From the NCBI GenBank assembly GCA_958009085.1, contig OY253687.1, forward strand, positions 248,001 through 312,000: DNA of 64,000 bases, given 5' to 3'. The stretch is from Protoeuglena noctilucae (Eukaryota). Positions within the stretch are counted from its first letter, which is position 1. Each line of letters begins with the position of its first letter. Position numbers and translations under genes: made by a program. Positions 51,522-64,000 of this stretch are shown one piece after another. The notes beneath the pieces are model-generated. The model did no database searches. It had not been told where the DNA came from and saw nothing but the letters and a program-made list of their open reading frames with translations.

Positions 51522-52391
51522 TCAGTCAATCTTGCGGCGGAAGGAGCACCCCTCCTGCAGGCGGGCACGCCCCCCCGTGGGCGTGCAGAGGACCGAGGAG
51601 CACGTCGTGCAGAGGACCACCGTCTGAGAGTGCGAGAAGACCGTCGTGCTGCGGGGGCGGGGCGGGACGGGCGTTGTGAGGCGCGCCGGGACGCACTTGG
51701 CTGGTGTGTCCCATCCCGGGCCCCCCGGGCGTGCCCCGCCGCGCCCGCTAGCGAACACAATCAATGACGGCCGACGCTACCGCCACCGGGAGGGCCCGGC
51801 GACCCCGGGGGCGGGCGCCCGAAAAGAAACCGCCAGACGACGCGACAGGGGCCCCGGATCCCCCCAAACGGCGGCCGCCGACGAACGAGGCCGTCCGTCG
51901 ATCGCGCGGGGCCGGTCGTCGCCCTGGCGATGGGGCCCGGGCCCCCGGGAGCCCCCCCGAGCCTCCAGGCCCCCGCCCGCCCCCGGGAGGGGTGCGCGGG
52001 TCGCGCCATCAAGGCGACAGAGAGACGGTACGATACCGCGACTCTCTGCAGAACGCACGCCGCCTGAAGCACGGCGAGGCGGGAGCGCGGGGGCAGCCAG
52101 ACCCGGTCGAGACCCGGCACTCACATCTGGAAGCAACCCTGGCACTTCACGTCCATGAAGAAGGAGTTGGGGGACTGCACCAGCCGCTTGCGCTTGTGCC
52201 TCCGCGCCTCCAGCTCCTTGGGAGGGTGGAGCAAGTCAATGTCGTGCGAGAGAACCTGCGGTGTCGTCAGAGCAGCGCCGGCGTCAGAAGAAAGCGCGGG
52301 GGGGGCCGGACGCGGAGGGCCGGCGCGGCAGGGGGCCTCGGCACCCCGCGCCCGCCCGGTCCTGCGCCCCTCGCGGGAGAGAACTCACCAT
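51522..52391 (-). CDS. RPS27: 40S ribosomal protein S27 (eS27)
   Basis: [86 protein letters not shown]. Confidence 0.97.
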
Positions 52392-52596
52392 TGTGCCTGA
52401 GCCCGGATCAGCCGCACAAGGTTCCAAAGAGGGAGGTCGACGGCGTCCCCGCGCGCACTTCCGCCCGCGCCGCCGTTCTGACAGATGCCAGAAACACAGG
52501 GCAGTCGACCCTCGCCGCTGGAAGGCCCTGCGGCTGCGTCGCAGCGCCACTTTCGACCGGTTTCGTCGCGTGGCCCGATAGACGGTGACTGGCGCC

Positions 52597-53580
52597 ATGT
52601 CCGCGGCGAGGTGTGGCCTGACGGCCTCCACGACGGCCTCCACGAGGGTGAGCCCGCGATGTCGCCGCCGTTGCTTGTGCGCTATGACTCAAGCGTGAGG
52701 ATGCCGCCGAGCAGCCGCGCCAGCTACCGCGACCGGCCCTCCGCTCGGTCTCCGCAGTTCGGGGCGAGGACGCAGGGCAGGACTCCCCGCGCGAGCGTGC
52801 AGGTGAGCTTTTTGGAAATATGTCCCAGACGCCGCGCCGCATGGGGGGCGCAGGGCTTTTTCGGGACCAAATGCTTGGCGTCCAGGGCCTTGGGGGAGTC
52901 TGCGTGCGGTTGGTTGCGCTCCCAACCAACATCGCGTCGCATGCGTGGGCTCGGGTTTGCGCGCTCGTGTCACGCGGGCCCCATGCGGCCTCCTGTCCCG
53001 GCGCCGCGTCTATCCATTGGGCGCCGCGCGACGGGCTCTCTTCCGCCACCATCATGCGCGCGTCATGGTCAACAAGCGTATGAGGTCGCACTGGCAAGCT
53101 CGCGCCGCTCGAGCCCCGCGGCAAGGCGCGCCTCGCCCTCGCCCACAGGTGCGCGCGGCGGCGGCGGACGCCCCCGAGAAGATTCGCATCAAGCTTAAGT
53201 CCTTCGACACGGCACTGATCCAGGAGTCGTGCACGGAGATCCAGGCGGCCGTGGAGGTGCGGCACCGCCGCTCCCGCGCGGCGCTGGGTCCGCGACGCCG
53301 CCGTTGGCTGCCGCGGCCCCGCCTGCCCTGGCCCACGCGAGCCCGCTGCCCTGGCCCGCAGGCTACGGGCGCTCGCATCTCGGGTCCCGTCCCGCTGCCG
53401 ACCAAGCGCCGGATTTACTGCGTGCTGCGCTCGCCCCACGTGAACAAGGACTCGCGGGAGCACTTCGAGACCCGCACCCACCAGCGCCTCATCGACATCT
53501 ATGATATCACCTCCATGACGGTCGACCGCCTCATGCAGCTCGACCTGCCCGCGGGGGTCGACGTGCAGGTCAAGCTCTGA
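52597..53580 (+). CDS. PRPS10: Plastid 30S ribosomal protein S10 (uS10c)
   Basis: Ser/Thr/Arg/Ala transit peptide over two small exons, then [10 protein letters not shown]...[39 protein letters not shown]...[13 protein letters not shown]. Confidence 0.95.
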
Positions 53581-53694
53581 TGCGACACCTGACACCCTGA
53601 CTCGGAAACTGCTGCGTGCCACGCCAGCGGCGCATTCAAGCCGCTCGGATGGTGTCCGAGCCCCGTGCGACCGGGCCGGGCAGCGGCAGCCCAG

Positions 53695-56062
53695 CTACCA
53701 GTCCGACATGTCGTGCTTCTGCTCCCGCTGCTCCTTCCATCGCCGCTCGTTGGTGATTTTGAAATACTTGGCCTCGAAGCCGTTGCTGCGGTCGCGGCCG
53801 TCCCAGTGCCGCCCCGGCCGGATGTCGAACCGGTTGGGCGGTGGGCCGATGCCGCGCTTGAGCCACGAGTGGGCGGGGACCTCCTGGGGGATCCTGAAAC
53901 CCTGCTTGAGCAGCCGCTCTCGCATCTCCGGCGTCAGCACCTGCGGAGCCGCCCGATATTGCCGCATCTCGCACCTGCAGGCCGCTGGCTTGGCCCGCGC
54001 CAACAGGGGCCAGACTCGTTTGTTCTGCACAAGGTGCCTGGCGCAGCCAGTCGCACTGTCACGACCGCCACAGCGCGCGCAGCTGCGCAAGTCTAGTCGC
54101 CTCACCCCGAGTGTCACGGCCGGGGCTGCCCGGCCTGACCCCACGCCCTTCGCAGCCGCAGGGTCGCCCCACCGTGTCTTGCGCCGCGCTTCCCAGTCCA
54201 GCACCTCGTTGTCCTTGGTCACCGCAAACGGCATAGCCTGCGGAGCGCGTAGGGACTCCAACATGCCTCGGCACGCTCGCCGGCATCCAGCCGGCAAAGC
54301 ACGGGGCGGGCAGCAAGAGCGAAGTGGCAGACACAGCCCACGACTCTCGGGGGTGTAAGCAACTGGCCACTGCCCCTTATGCAGGGGAACCATCAGTAAA
54401 CAAAACTGCACGTCGCCTCTCACCTTCAACTCCTCCTGCTGCTTCCGCCTGGCCTCTGCCGCCTGCAGCTGCGCCAGGCCCCCGCCCCAGTCGGGACGGA
54501 ACGATGTCTCATCCCTGCTCCTCTTCTTCCTCCGCTCCCTGCGCACAGCGCCCATCGCACTCTCGCAGGCACACTCAGGGCCCCTGACAGCGTGGCTGGC
54601 TGCTGTGCCAGTGCTGCACCGCATGTCGGCAACACGGCACAGCAGCGCCCGCATGGCCATGTGAGTCGCGACGTGAGTGAGAGCAATTATCCTCGCCTGT
54701 CAAACTCCTCTTTGTCCACCAGCTTGCCCTCCTTGTTCCGGTACACGGTCTGCACCTCAGCGCCACGCCCCAGCGCCCGGGGGTCTAAGGTCTCCATGCG
54801 CCTCTGCTCCTCCGCCCGTCGCGCGCGCATCTCCTCCTGCAATGACAAACACGGGTCTTATCGATGACCGTGAGCGGTTCAGAACCAAGTTACAGACAGT
54901 GAGCATAAGGGGTGGTCTCAGGCAGCAGGTCACCTGCAGGTCTTTGGCCAAGATCATGCCAGCCCTCGTCCCATCCGCCATGCGTGGGCTGGCCGGGCGG
55001 GGCCCTGCCCCTCCAGCAGCCACGGGCTTGCGAGGCGGGCTTGCATCCGATCCCCAGTCGTGGCGCTGCCGTCGGGGCGGGCTCGCGTCAGAACCCGAAT
55101 CGTGCCTCTGACGCCGGGGTGGGCTGGCATCCGATCCCGAGTCGTGCCTCTGACGCCGGGGTGGGCTTGCGTCAGACCCGGAGTCGTGCCGCTGCCGCCT
55201 GGGTGGGCTTGCGTCAGAACCCGAATCGTGCCGCTGCCGTCGGGGTGGGCTTGCGTCGGAACCCGAGTCGTGCCGCTGGCGCCGGGGCGGGCTCGCGTCC
55301 GAGTCTGAGTCGTGCCGCCGTCTCCCGATACCACCCTGGGCGTCTCTGCCAGACACAGAGGGCTTTCCCGCCGGCTCCACAGCCACCCACCCTGACCCAT
55401 CCTCGTCCCGGCCAAAGTACTGCCTGTGAGCGATGACATCGCATGTCCGATGGAAGCACGAGCTTATAAGCATGTATGTGTTTGCACGGCGTGTATGTGT
55501 TTGTGTAAACCCGAGCGAAGAGCACCCCGGCGCGAAGCGCACCTGGCGCGCTCCTCACGGCGCTGCTGGAACTCAAACTCCTTCTCGTTCACGGTGACTG
55601 CCCCCTCCAACTCGTCTTCCTCATTCCCCTCCTGCGTGCAGGGAGAGCTGCCCCGTGCCGCGCGCGCTCTCAGGTGACGGGCGTGCTCCTAGCAAGCGCC
55701 GCCGCTGCCTCTCCGAACCTGTTGAAGCTCCGCTGGCTTGCACCCCGAGATGTCCTCGTCCTTGATCACAAGCGCCTGAGATCCGGTGGATTTGGCCGCT
55801 TTCGCCTTCTTTTTCTTCTTTTTCCGCCCCTCGTCGCCGCCCTCCCCCGTGTACTTCTTCTGTGCCGAGGGACGATCTCTGGGTCTCGGTTCCAGCCGCG
55901 CAATGTTCAACATGACACGTTTGGGGACCAACCAGCGCCGCGAGCGTCGCGGGCCCACCGCGCGCTCACCAAATAGGCTTGCAGCGCGGCCGCCCGGGCC
56001 TTCTCCTCCTCCGTTGGGCCCTCGTCCTTCCGCAGCAGGCTCATACCCTCAAACTTCGACAT
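53695..56062 (-). CDS. BUD13: Pre-mRNA splicing factor Bud13/Cwc26 (RES complex)
   Basis: RHDS-DASPPR repeats, GAEVQTVYRNKEG, WGGGLAQ, RWGDPAA and PPNRFDIRPGRHWDGRDRSNGFE. Confidence 0.95.
55029..55325 (-). repeat. 42-bp coding tandem repeat (about 7 x RRQRHDSGSDASPP) in BUD13
   Basis: Directly visible in the sequence and in ORF 54757..55542. Confidence 0.93.
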
Positions 56063-56526
56063 GGCATCAAAGCCCCCCCGGGTCCCTCCCACCCCGCCCG
56101 GGCCGCTTCGCACGCGTCAAACCGCGTGCCCGTCAACTTTGGCGGCCCAGGCTGGCGAAAGGGGTTTTGCGATGGGCGTTTCGTGGACGCCGTCAGCATG
56201 TGACAGGGTCGCTAGCAACTGGCAAGCCACGAGAGCAACAATTCTCCTCAGTCTCGCTGCGAGCTGACGTCCATCTGGCGCGCCAGGTGCAGGTCTCCGC
56301 CCGGCGCCCTTCGAAAGGCGAAGAGCCTTGCGCCTCGCTGCCATGTTAGCGCCAACGTCGGCCTTTATGGTCGCGTTGCCGGAAAGGCGCTGTTCTGTGA
56401 CGCCGTGGATCAGACCGTAGCGACCGCTCCTGCCTGGTTCCCAGAACCGACCGCGTTGTGATTCCATTGGGTAGCTCAGATATCCACGGCGGTATCCCCG
56501 CGCTAGCGGCAAGGGAAACCGCTTGG

Positions 56527-58555
56527 ATGCGGGGAATTCGCCTGGTCACAGTGGCGGTGGCCTTGACGGCCATCCTCGGGCGAGTTGGCACCTAGCACGC
56601 ACTGGTGGCTAGATGGGACCTCTCGTTGCACTGCAGCGACGCCGTCTTCACTCGATCGCTGCGCTGATCTCGCCGCCTTGTCCTTGCCGGACAACACGGA
56701 GATGCCGCACACTCCCTCACCGCCCAGCGCTGGCCCGGGCCCCCGCGATCGTGCTCGTGCAGCTGCTGAAGTCCACGAACTAGCGCCGATCCCCTTGCAG
56801 GGTTGCGGCGGCAGTCCGCTTCGACATCAAGGATGCAGGCGGGGTGTGCGTGACGCAGCCTGCGGGGCCGCCCTCTTTAATCGCGGGTGAGGAGCGTGCA
56901 TCTATATCGCCGCAGCTGAGCCCCCGAAACCTGCATACCGCGGCGATGTCGCAATGTCCTTCGACCCGCGGGTCCGCAGGGTCCATTTACTCGATGGACT
57001 CGGCTGGGCTTCACTACATCCCGCTGACCCTCACCGTCACCGATCCGAGCGGGCATATCATTTCTCAAGGGAATCCCGAGTACGTCGCGTTCGAGGAGTG
57101 GCTCGACGACATCCCCGCGACCACCAAGGGCGACTACAAGTTCTGCATCGAAGGTGACGCGCGCTCGATGCTCTGCGCGCCGCATGATCTGCGCGCATGT
57201 GGACTCTGGACTCCTCACCGCACCGCCACGCCGCACACGCGCAGTCGCCTCCTCCTACCTCGGCCGGAACCCGTACCCTTACCCGGTGGCGTTCGACCTT
57301 AGCCTCACGACATTCAAGCCCAGGGACTCCCCGTTCGCCGCTCCCGACAGCAAGCCCGTCGCTGCCGACGTCGACCTCCATAAGGCGATCTCGGATATCA
57401 TGGTCAAGGCGAGCACCTGGGGCGCTGGCAGATCGGGCCTGCCCCATCGGCGGCTACAGGCCCCTGCCCGGCCGAGCGCTGAGCGCCGAGCGTCGGCAGC
57501 CCTTCCACGCAGATGGATCACGTGAAGCGCGAGAGCACGTTCCTGGCCACGCGGTGGAGGCGGCACAGCGCCAACAACAAGGCCCTGGAGTCGCGCCTCC
57601 TCTGGGGGACCGCCTTCCGGTGCTTGGTGGTCATCGGATGCCAAGTCTTCCAGGTCTACTTCGTGCGGTCCATGTTCAAGAACAAAGGCTTCTCGGGCAT
57701 CCTCGGCGAGATGTCGGTGAGGGGCGGACGGGTGCCTCAGCTGGCGGGCAACAGGTCGGTCCTTGCAGCCGCGCCAGACGCTGAGCACACGGGGCGAGGC
57801 CCGCTGTGGTCGCAGAACGACATCGCGGCCATGCGCAACGCGAGGCAGGTCGCGGCAGCGATGGCCGGGCCAGTGCTCAGCAAGATGGGAGGCCCGGCGT
57901 TTGCGCCCGTCGCGCGGGCGCCGTCCTTCGGGCCCCCCGGTGAGGGCTCGCAGCGCATAACAGCAAGTGCGCGGCGGGGTTTGGAACGCGCGCCCTGCGG
58001 CCATCCACGCGGCCCCGTTGCCCTGCGTGCAGGCGCTCCTACGGGCTACGGCACCTACGGCGGAGTGGCGTCTCAGCCGGAGCCCGCGTGGTCAGGGGCG
58101 CCCGCGCAGCCGGCTGCGCTCCCGTGGTCCCACTCGTCGGGGGAGCATGCGGCGGTGGGGCCCGCGTACGGAGCGACGCCCGCGCTCGGTGGGGGCGTCG
58201 AGCCGCAGGATCGTGTGATGCCCGAGGCCGAGGCAACGGCGTTTGGGAGTCGCGTGCCCCACGGTGGGATGGTCCACAAGGCAAGCTCGCACGGCGCTCC
58301 TAGGTGTCCCAGCCTTCGTCCTTGCTGGAGTGGCGAGTGTCCACCTGACCCATCCGGCTCCGCCTGCAGCGAGGTACACCGACGACGGGGCACTTCCAGG
58401 GTCAAGGCGCATACGGGGGACCTCAGCCGACCGGGGGGCCAGGGTACGTGGGGGACGGCATGCCGCTGCCGGCTCGGGTGCCTTCAGGGGGCGCGACGAC
58501 GTGGCAAGCGCCTGCAGGGGCGGGATGGGGGGCTGGCCAGAGGGGCCCTTACTGA
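56527..58555 (+). CDS. p24/emp24 GOLD-domain protein with extended C-terminal tail
   Basis: Signal peptide MRGIRLVTVAVALTAILG|VAAAVRFDI, GOLD LTVTDPSG...KGDYKFCIE, coiled coil MDHVKRESTFLATR..H...NKALESRLLW, and TM ending QVFQVYFVRSMF. Confidence 0.8.
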
Positions 58556-59188
58556 GCGCAGCGTCGTGTTTCCGAGATTCTGAACCCGACTAGTGCCTGA
58601 CTAAGTGACTTGCTGTTTGGCGGGGTCAAACGATGCGGGCCCGCGCGATGCCCGCGTGGCCGCACATTCCACCCTTCTTGAAATTTGGCAGGTTAGGGAG
58701 GGGTGTAGATGCAATAGGATACTGCAGACGAGCACATACTCGGGAGGCCCCCGCACATCGCCAGGCGAGCGTCATGAACGTTGCCGTTTGGAGGGACGCG
58801 AGATTGTAGTGCGGACAACGGTTGTTGGCAAATTGTCCCGAGAGATGCGCAGCGGGGCCGGTTATCCGGGGCTGCAAGGTTAAGCCACACGTGGGCCCGT
58901 GCGTCCCGGTCTTGGCCCGCACCCGTGCGCCTGCGCCTGCTATGGCGAGATGAAGCGATGTAGTGGAGATGTGCGGAGTTACTTTCCCAAATGTCGGACC
59001 GCTAGGGCTCCTGGGGGAGGAGGACATGCTTCGCAGCCTTCCCGGGCTCGAGTTCAGCGGCGCCGGGGTTCCAACCGCGTTGCGCAGGCAGTCATGATTT
59101 CCGTGCTCATGAATTATGTAGCGCATGCTCCAGCCCGCGAGATTCCTGCCGAATGCGACGTGAAAGTCACATGCCCGCAGGGCGTGCA

Positions 59189-61436
59189 ATGACCACCCAC
59201 TACACGGACTACACTTGGATCGTGGGGCTCGGTGCAGTGCTGTCCTTTATCACCGCGTACGGCATCGGGGCGAATGACGTGGCCAACGCTTTCGGGTCCT
59301 CGGTGGGGTCGCGGGCCATCACCATCAAGCAGGCGCTGCTCATTGCGTCCGTGTGCGAGTTCTCCGGAGCCATGGGACTCGGAGCCCAAGTAACGACTAC
59401 AATCCGCGTGGTGAGCATCCGCGGAGGAGGCTCTCGGGGCGCCAGGCTGGGGAAGGGTGCGGGCTTGGTCATGACATTGCCACCTTGCGCCTCTGGCCGC
59501 AGGGCATTGCCAAGTTCAGCGTCTTTGCGGACGCCCCGGACCTGTTCATGTTCGGCATGCTCTGCACGTTGGCCGCCACGGGCGTCTGGCTCATCCTGGC
59601 GACGGCGTTTGAGCTCCCCGTGTCGACGACCCACTCGTGCGTCGGTGGGGTGCTGGGGTTCGCCATCGCCGCGCGCGGGCAGCAGGCCGTGGTGTGGTAC
59701 GGCAAGGCCCAGCCGGGTCAGTTCCCCGTGGGCGGCGTCGCCGGCATTGTCATCTCGTGGGTCTTCTCGCCCGTGTGCTCGGGCGTGCTGGCCTCGCTCC
59801 TCTTCTACACCGCACGCACGGTCGTGCTCCGGTCGCGGCACTCGTACGCCCGCTCCTGGCAGACGCTGCCGTGTTGGGTCTTCCTCACGGTGTCTCTCAA
59901 CGTGCTCTTCATGGTGCTCAGCGGCGCCAAGGTGCGTACGCTGCATGTGCAGGGTGCATGCGACAGGCGTGCGGGCTGTGTGGCACCAGCCTGACTGTGT
60001 GTGCATGGCTGGTAAAACCAGCCACGGCACCTTCACCCTCACCCTCACCCTCATTGTAACCCTCCACCCCACTCTCTCGCACCGCAGTCAAGGACCTCCA
60101 GCATGTCCAACAGCCAAGCCATCGGCGTGAGCCTGGCCACGGGCGCCGCGACAGCCCTGGTCATCGCCCTGCTCATCCGGAGCGTGCTCAAGCCAAAGGC
60201 GGAAGAGCTTTTCCAATCGCGGATACGCAGCGGCGAGATCGTCCCCGTGAGTCGCCGCGTGCCTCGCTCTGCGTGCCTTCCGCACGCGGGTTCGTTTGAC
60301 TCTAGAGTGACGCTCTGCCTGGCGGTGCAGAACGGTCGCTGCATGCGCTTACGTCAGTGTTGGGACGTGCGACACTTGCGCCTTTGCCGCAGGACCCCGA
60401 CAACCCGAACCGGTATCTCTACGACCAGATGCGCATCCGTGAGACGGAGATTCAGAAAAAGAATGAATTCGACGCCAAAGGCGACAGGAACGCGGCCAAG
60501 TCCCTGTTCCAGACGCTGACGACGGGCCTGCGTCAGGACGTGCACGACGTGGTGGACACGGACGTCGCCGTGAGCACCATCCACGGCTCGGCTGAGGTCT
60601 TCGACGCCCGCACGGAGGAGGCGTTCAAGTACCTGCAGGTGTTTACGGCCATGTCCAACTCGTTCGCGCACGGGGCGAACGACGTGGCTAACTCGGTGGG
60701 GCCCATGGCCGGCATCTGGTACGTCTGGAAGACGCAGAAGCTGAGCAAGAAGACCGACGCGTCGACGGCGAACGACATGTACTGGATCCTGGCGCTGGGC
60801 GGCGCGGGCATCATCGTGGGGCTGTCGACGTACGGCTACATGATCATGCGCGCCCTGGGCGTCAAGATCGCGAAGCTGACGCCGTCGCGGGGGTTCGCGG
60901 TGGAGCTGGGGGCGGCGTTTATCATCGTGATCGGGTCGCGGCTGGGCCTGCCGCTGTCGACGACGCACTGCATGGTGGGGTCGACGATCGGCATCGGGCT
61001 GCTGGAGGACCACCGGGGGGTCAACTGGGGCTTCATCCCGCGCATCGTGTTCGGGTGGGTCATCACGCTGGTGTTCGTGGGGTGCACGTGCGCCATGTTC
61101 TACGCGATGGGGGCGTACGCGCCCAGCGTGTACGGCATCCGCGACCGCGACTTCTACCAGAACGTCATTGAGGGCTTCACCACGTCGCTCTACCGGTACG
61201 TGAACGTGACCGACAGCGCGCAGCTCGTGGCGTCCAGTCAGTACAACAACTGGACCGCGACGCTGGGCCGCGTGAACGACCAAGCCGAGTTACTGTACCA
61301 GACGAGGCACGCGTCGTCCGGGGCGCGCGTCATCGGCCGGACCGAGGTTGGCCATGTCCTCGATGACACCCTCTCGTTCCTGATAGGATCCGATGGGCGC
61401 TCGGGTATGCTGAGCCAGTGCGCCAAGTGGACCTAG
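59189..61436 (+). CDS. PiT/PHO4-family (PTB-type) Na+/phosphate symporter
   Basis: Two signature motifs, [17 protein letters not shown] and [14 protein letters not shown], plus [25 protein letters not shown] and [12 protein letters not shown]. Confidence 0.96.
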
Positions 61437-61950
61437 TGTGCCTTGTCCACCCAGTGGGTGGGTGACCGAGCCTTTGCGCGTCCTGCGACCTCCCAGCCCT
61501 GTTGTCTCGGCGAACACTTCACGTACCTGGCCCCTTTTTGCTCTCGGACCCGGGGACCACCACCCGCACCTCTCGTAGGACTAGGGTTGTTAGTTAGGCC
61601 CACTCTGCGCGCCGCGGCGTTTCAAGCTCGCTGACAGTAACCCAGCGGTGTCAGCCTCTTCCTCCAGGATGAGGAGCCAGCTGGATGCTTGCTGGCATCG
61701 AAAAGGTGCCGCGGCGCCGTTGTGCTGCGGCCGCTGCCGAGGAATGGTGGAGGCATTGCAGTGGGCCCGTGTGGGTCCCACCCCCGGAGCCCTCAGGGGG
61801 TGAGTCCATCATCTTGCTGTCAGCGAATGTGGAGACGATTCTCCTCTACGCAATGCAATTGGGATTTGCGGCGGATGGGGACGCATCGCTCCGCGATCCC
61901 GGCGTTTTCACACCGAAGCCCGATTGCGTCTGCAGGACGCCTGCGAGCAC

Positions 61951-64000
61951 CATGCGCTCCCAGGGATCGTCCGGGAGTACTACCGGCAACGATCACTCCG
62001 CCAGCCTCGGCTGGGCCGTGCTGGCGCTGGCCGGCTTCGCCGCGTTGTGGAAGGCGCCGCACAAGACGGTGGCCGCCGTGGTCTCGGGGCCCGTGACCAT
62101 TGCCAAGTCCTTCCTTTTCATCGTATTGGCCGTGGACGCCGTCCTCATCGCCCAGCCGTGGCTCGTGGGCCTTTCTAAGAGGCACGCTCCGGGCTTCCAC
62201 GCGAGCCTCAGGTGGGTGGCGCGCGTTGCAGGGATCCCCAACATCTTCTTGCAGCTGACATGGAGGTGGGGGTGTGCGGGGTCACTCCCCGCGTCGCCCC
62301 GGTTCTCGCAGCAAGCGCGTCGTGCAGTTCGTGCGCTATCAGCTCCGTCTCTCGGATGCGGAAACGCCCGAGCTGGCGGTGGCCGCCGACGAGGCCGACG
62401 GTCGGCGTGGCGGGAGCGCGCCCTCCGCGGACGTCGCTGAGGCCGTCGCGTCGGCCCTCTCGGACCCCAAAGGTGCCGCCCCCTCCCCCGGCGCCCCGCC
62501 AGCGCGGTGCCCGCCGCCACGAGCGGCGATGGGACACTTATTCAACGTATGTCTGCCCCCGCAGGACCGTTGCGGGATCTGGTGAAGCGCTGGGCGGAGG
62601 AGGCGAGGGCGGCGGGCCCCAGCGACTGGCGGGACATGCCCACCCCCATGATGCCGGCCCGCGGGGCCGCCCCGACCCCCGCTGCCGTGCCTGCCGGCCT
62701 CACTCGCGCCCAGGTCGAGCGCATCGTGGACCACCACATGGAGCGCTGCCTCCTCAGGCGAGGGAGCACGTTGGGCGGACACGTGGGCGGCTGCAGTTGC
62801 CAGTCCCGGCCTCGCCCCCGCCCGTGCGATGAGACAATTCCGCTCACTGTCGCGTCCCCGCATTTGGTTTCGAAAGTCGGCACTTCAACTCCGTTTTACT
62901 CTTCTTGCCGGCTGCTGACCTTTTCTCGCCACCGCAGTGCACCTTTCGCTTCCGCTGCTGTTGGCTGCTGTTGGCCCCATTGCCATCCTCTCACCCTGAC
63001 CCCCGCCGCAGCGACCGCTCGGAACTGCGGGCGCTGCGCACGCAATACATGGAGGAGGTGCGGGTCGACGCGGAGCGCAAGTGGGAGGGCATCCGCTCCC
63101 AGGCCGACCCGCTGATTGCGCAGATGACGGCCCTGGCCCAGGACACTCGAGTCCTGCATGCGGTGAGCTCGCTGCCCGCTTGCTTTGGCTCGCAACTTTC
63201 GCTCCATTAGAGCCTCAGTGGCCCACCTCTGCACTTCACTACCCCCATCGCCAGCCCTGCTGCTTGTTCACCACGTGACCTTGCGACACCAGGGCGTGCC
63301 TATCCGCGCCCCGCACTGCACGTTGGTGTGCTGTGCTCGACCGCAGGATTTGCGAGAGCAGTGGGACGACTTCTCAAAGAGCGAGGTGGAGGCACGCAAT
63401 GCGTGGGTGGCTGAGACCCAAACACGCATGCAGGAGATGCGCGACGCGATGAAAGCGCAGTTGGGTGCGCTGAGAGAGGAGGCCTTCCGGCGCATGGATG
63501 CCGACAGGTGAGGGATGGGGTTCGGGGTGGGTTGGCGAGAGGGAGCGGTGGCAGGCCAGGGCATGGCACGAGGAGTGGCGAGGTGGTCATGCATGGGCTT
63601 GCGAGCGTCCCTGTGGGTCCCATCTGCCTTTTGTCGTCCTGAATCATAACGTAATTGGAGAGGTTCTGGCATCGTTGTCGCCCTAGATGCGAAGAACCAG
63701 CCGTGCCACCCTCGCAGGGACGCGGCGCAGAGGGAGGTTTCTGACGTAGACCGCTGGCTGACGTCATCGCTGGAGGACGCGCAGAAGGACCTGCAGGCGC
63801 TCGCGGCTCGTGCGGAGGCGCAAGCGGGCGAGCTGGAGCGCGCGACGGCCGAGCTGCGCCAGGACCTGGCGGGGCAGATGGCAACGGTCGCATCGAAGGA
63901 AGAGCTGGAGTCAGCGAGAGACGAGGCGATGAGGGCTGCCCAGGAGGGCCTCGCTGCGTTGCGGGAGGACGCGGAGGCGGCGATTCTGCGGGAGAGGGAG
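61951..64000 (+). CDS. Partial gene: N-terminal hydrophobic helices followed by a long coiled coil (runs off the window)
   Basis: Exons SELRALRTQYMEEVRVDAERKWE, DLREQWDDFSKSEVEARNAW and DAAQREVSDVDRWL...ELERATAELRQDL join in frame. Start and family uncertain. Confidence 0.6.

Noticed and set aside
55029..55325. Regular 42-bp repeat resembling a CRISPR array
   Set aside because: It has no unique spacers and encodes the RHDS-SPPR repeats typical of Bud13.
58600..59188. P1BS (GNATATNC) phosphate-response elements upstream of the PTB transporter and SQD1
   Set aside because: No exact match found by eye.

Overview
This is eukaryotic nuclear DNA from a GC-rich, gene-dense green alga. It holds about 26 mostly intron-containing genes in 64 kb, with short introns, plastid-targeted SQD1 and S10, an AP2 transcription factor and a PTB-type Pi transporter. 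The ORF track is largely misleading because the genes are spliced, so I rebuilt exon chains by hand from conserved protein motifs. Gene order: multi-AP2 TF; intronless low-complexity ORF; CAT-type amino-acid permease; RecQ helicase; WW-DEAD-box helicase; TPR protein; CTU1; hypothetical membrane protein; frameshifted F-box/ankyrin gene; PRP4; RPS30; coiled-coil/EF-hand protein; hypothetical gene; four tandem Sec14/CRAL-TRIO genes; MFS transporter (spans a 200-N gap); dihydrofolate synthase; SQD1; RPS27; plastid S10; BUD13; p24/GOLD protein; PiT/PTB transporter; and a partial TM/coiled-coil gene. Main observations: (1) GC-AG introns are very frequent, with 13 independent sites among about 100 introns and consensus G|GCGAG; (2) splice junctions are repeatedly duplicated in tandem inside introns; (3) the Sec14 array is a very recent chimeric expansion whose crossover maps to about 210 bp; (4) the p24 protein has an atypical ~200-aa low-complexity cytosolic tail; (5) CTU1 has a Cys-heptad repeat tail; (6) ribosomal-protein genes have long structured introns that may host ncRNAs. 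CDS coordinates span introns. All exon structures are manual inferences without RNA data.
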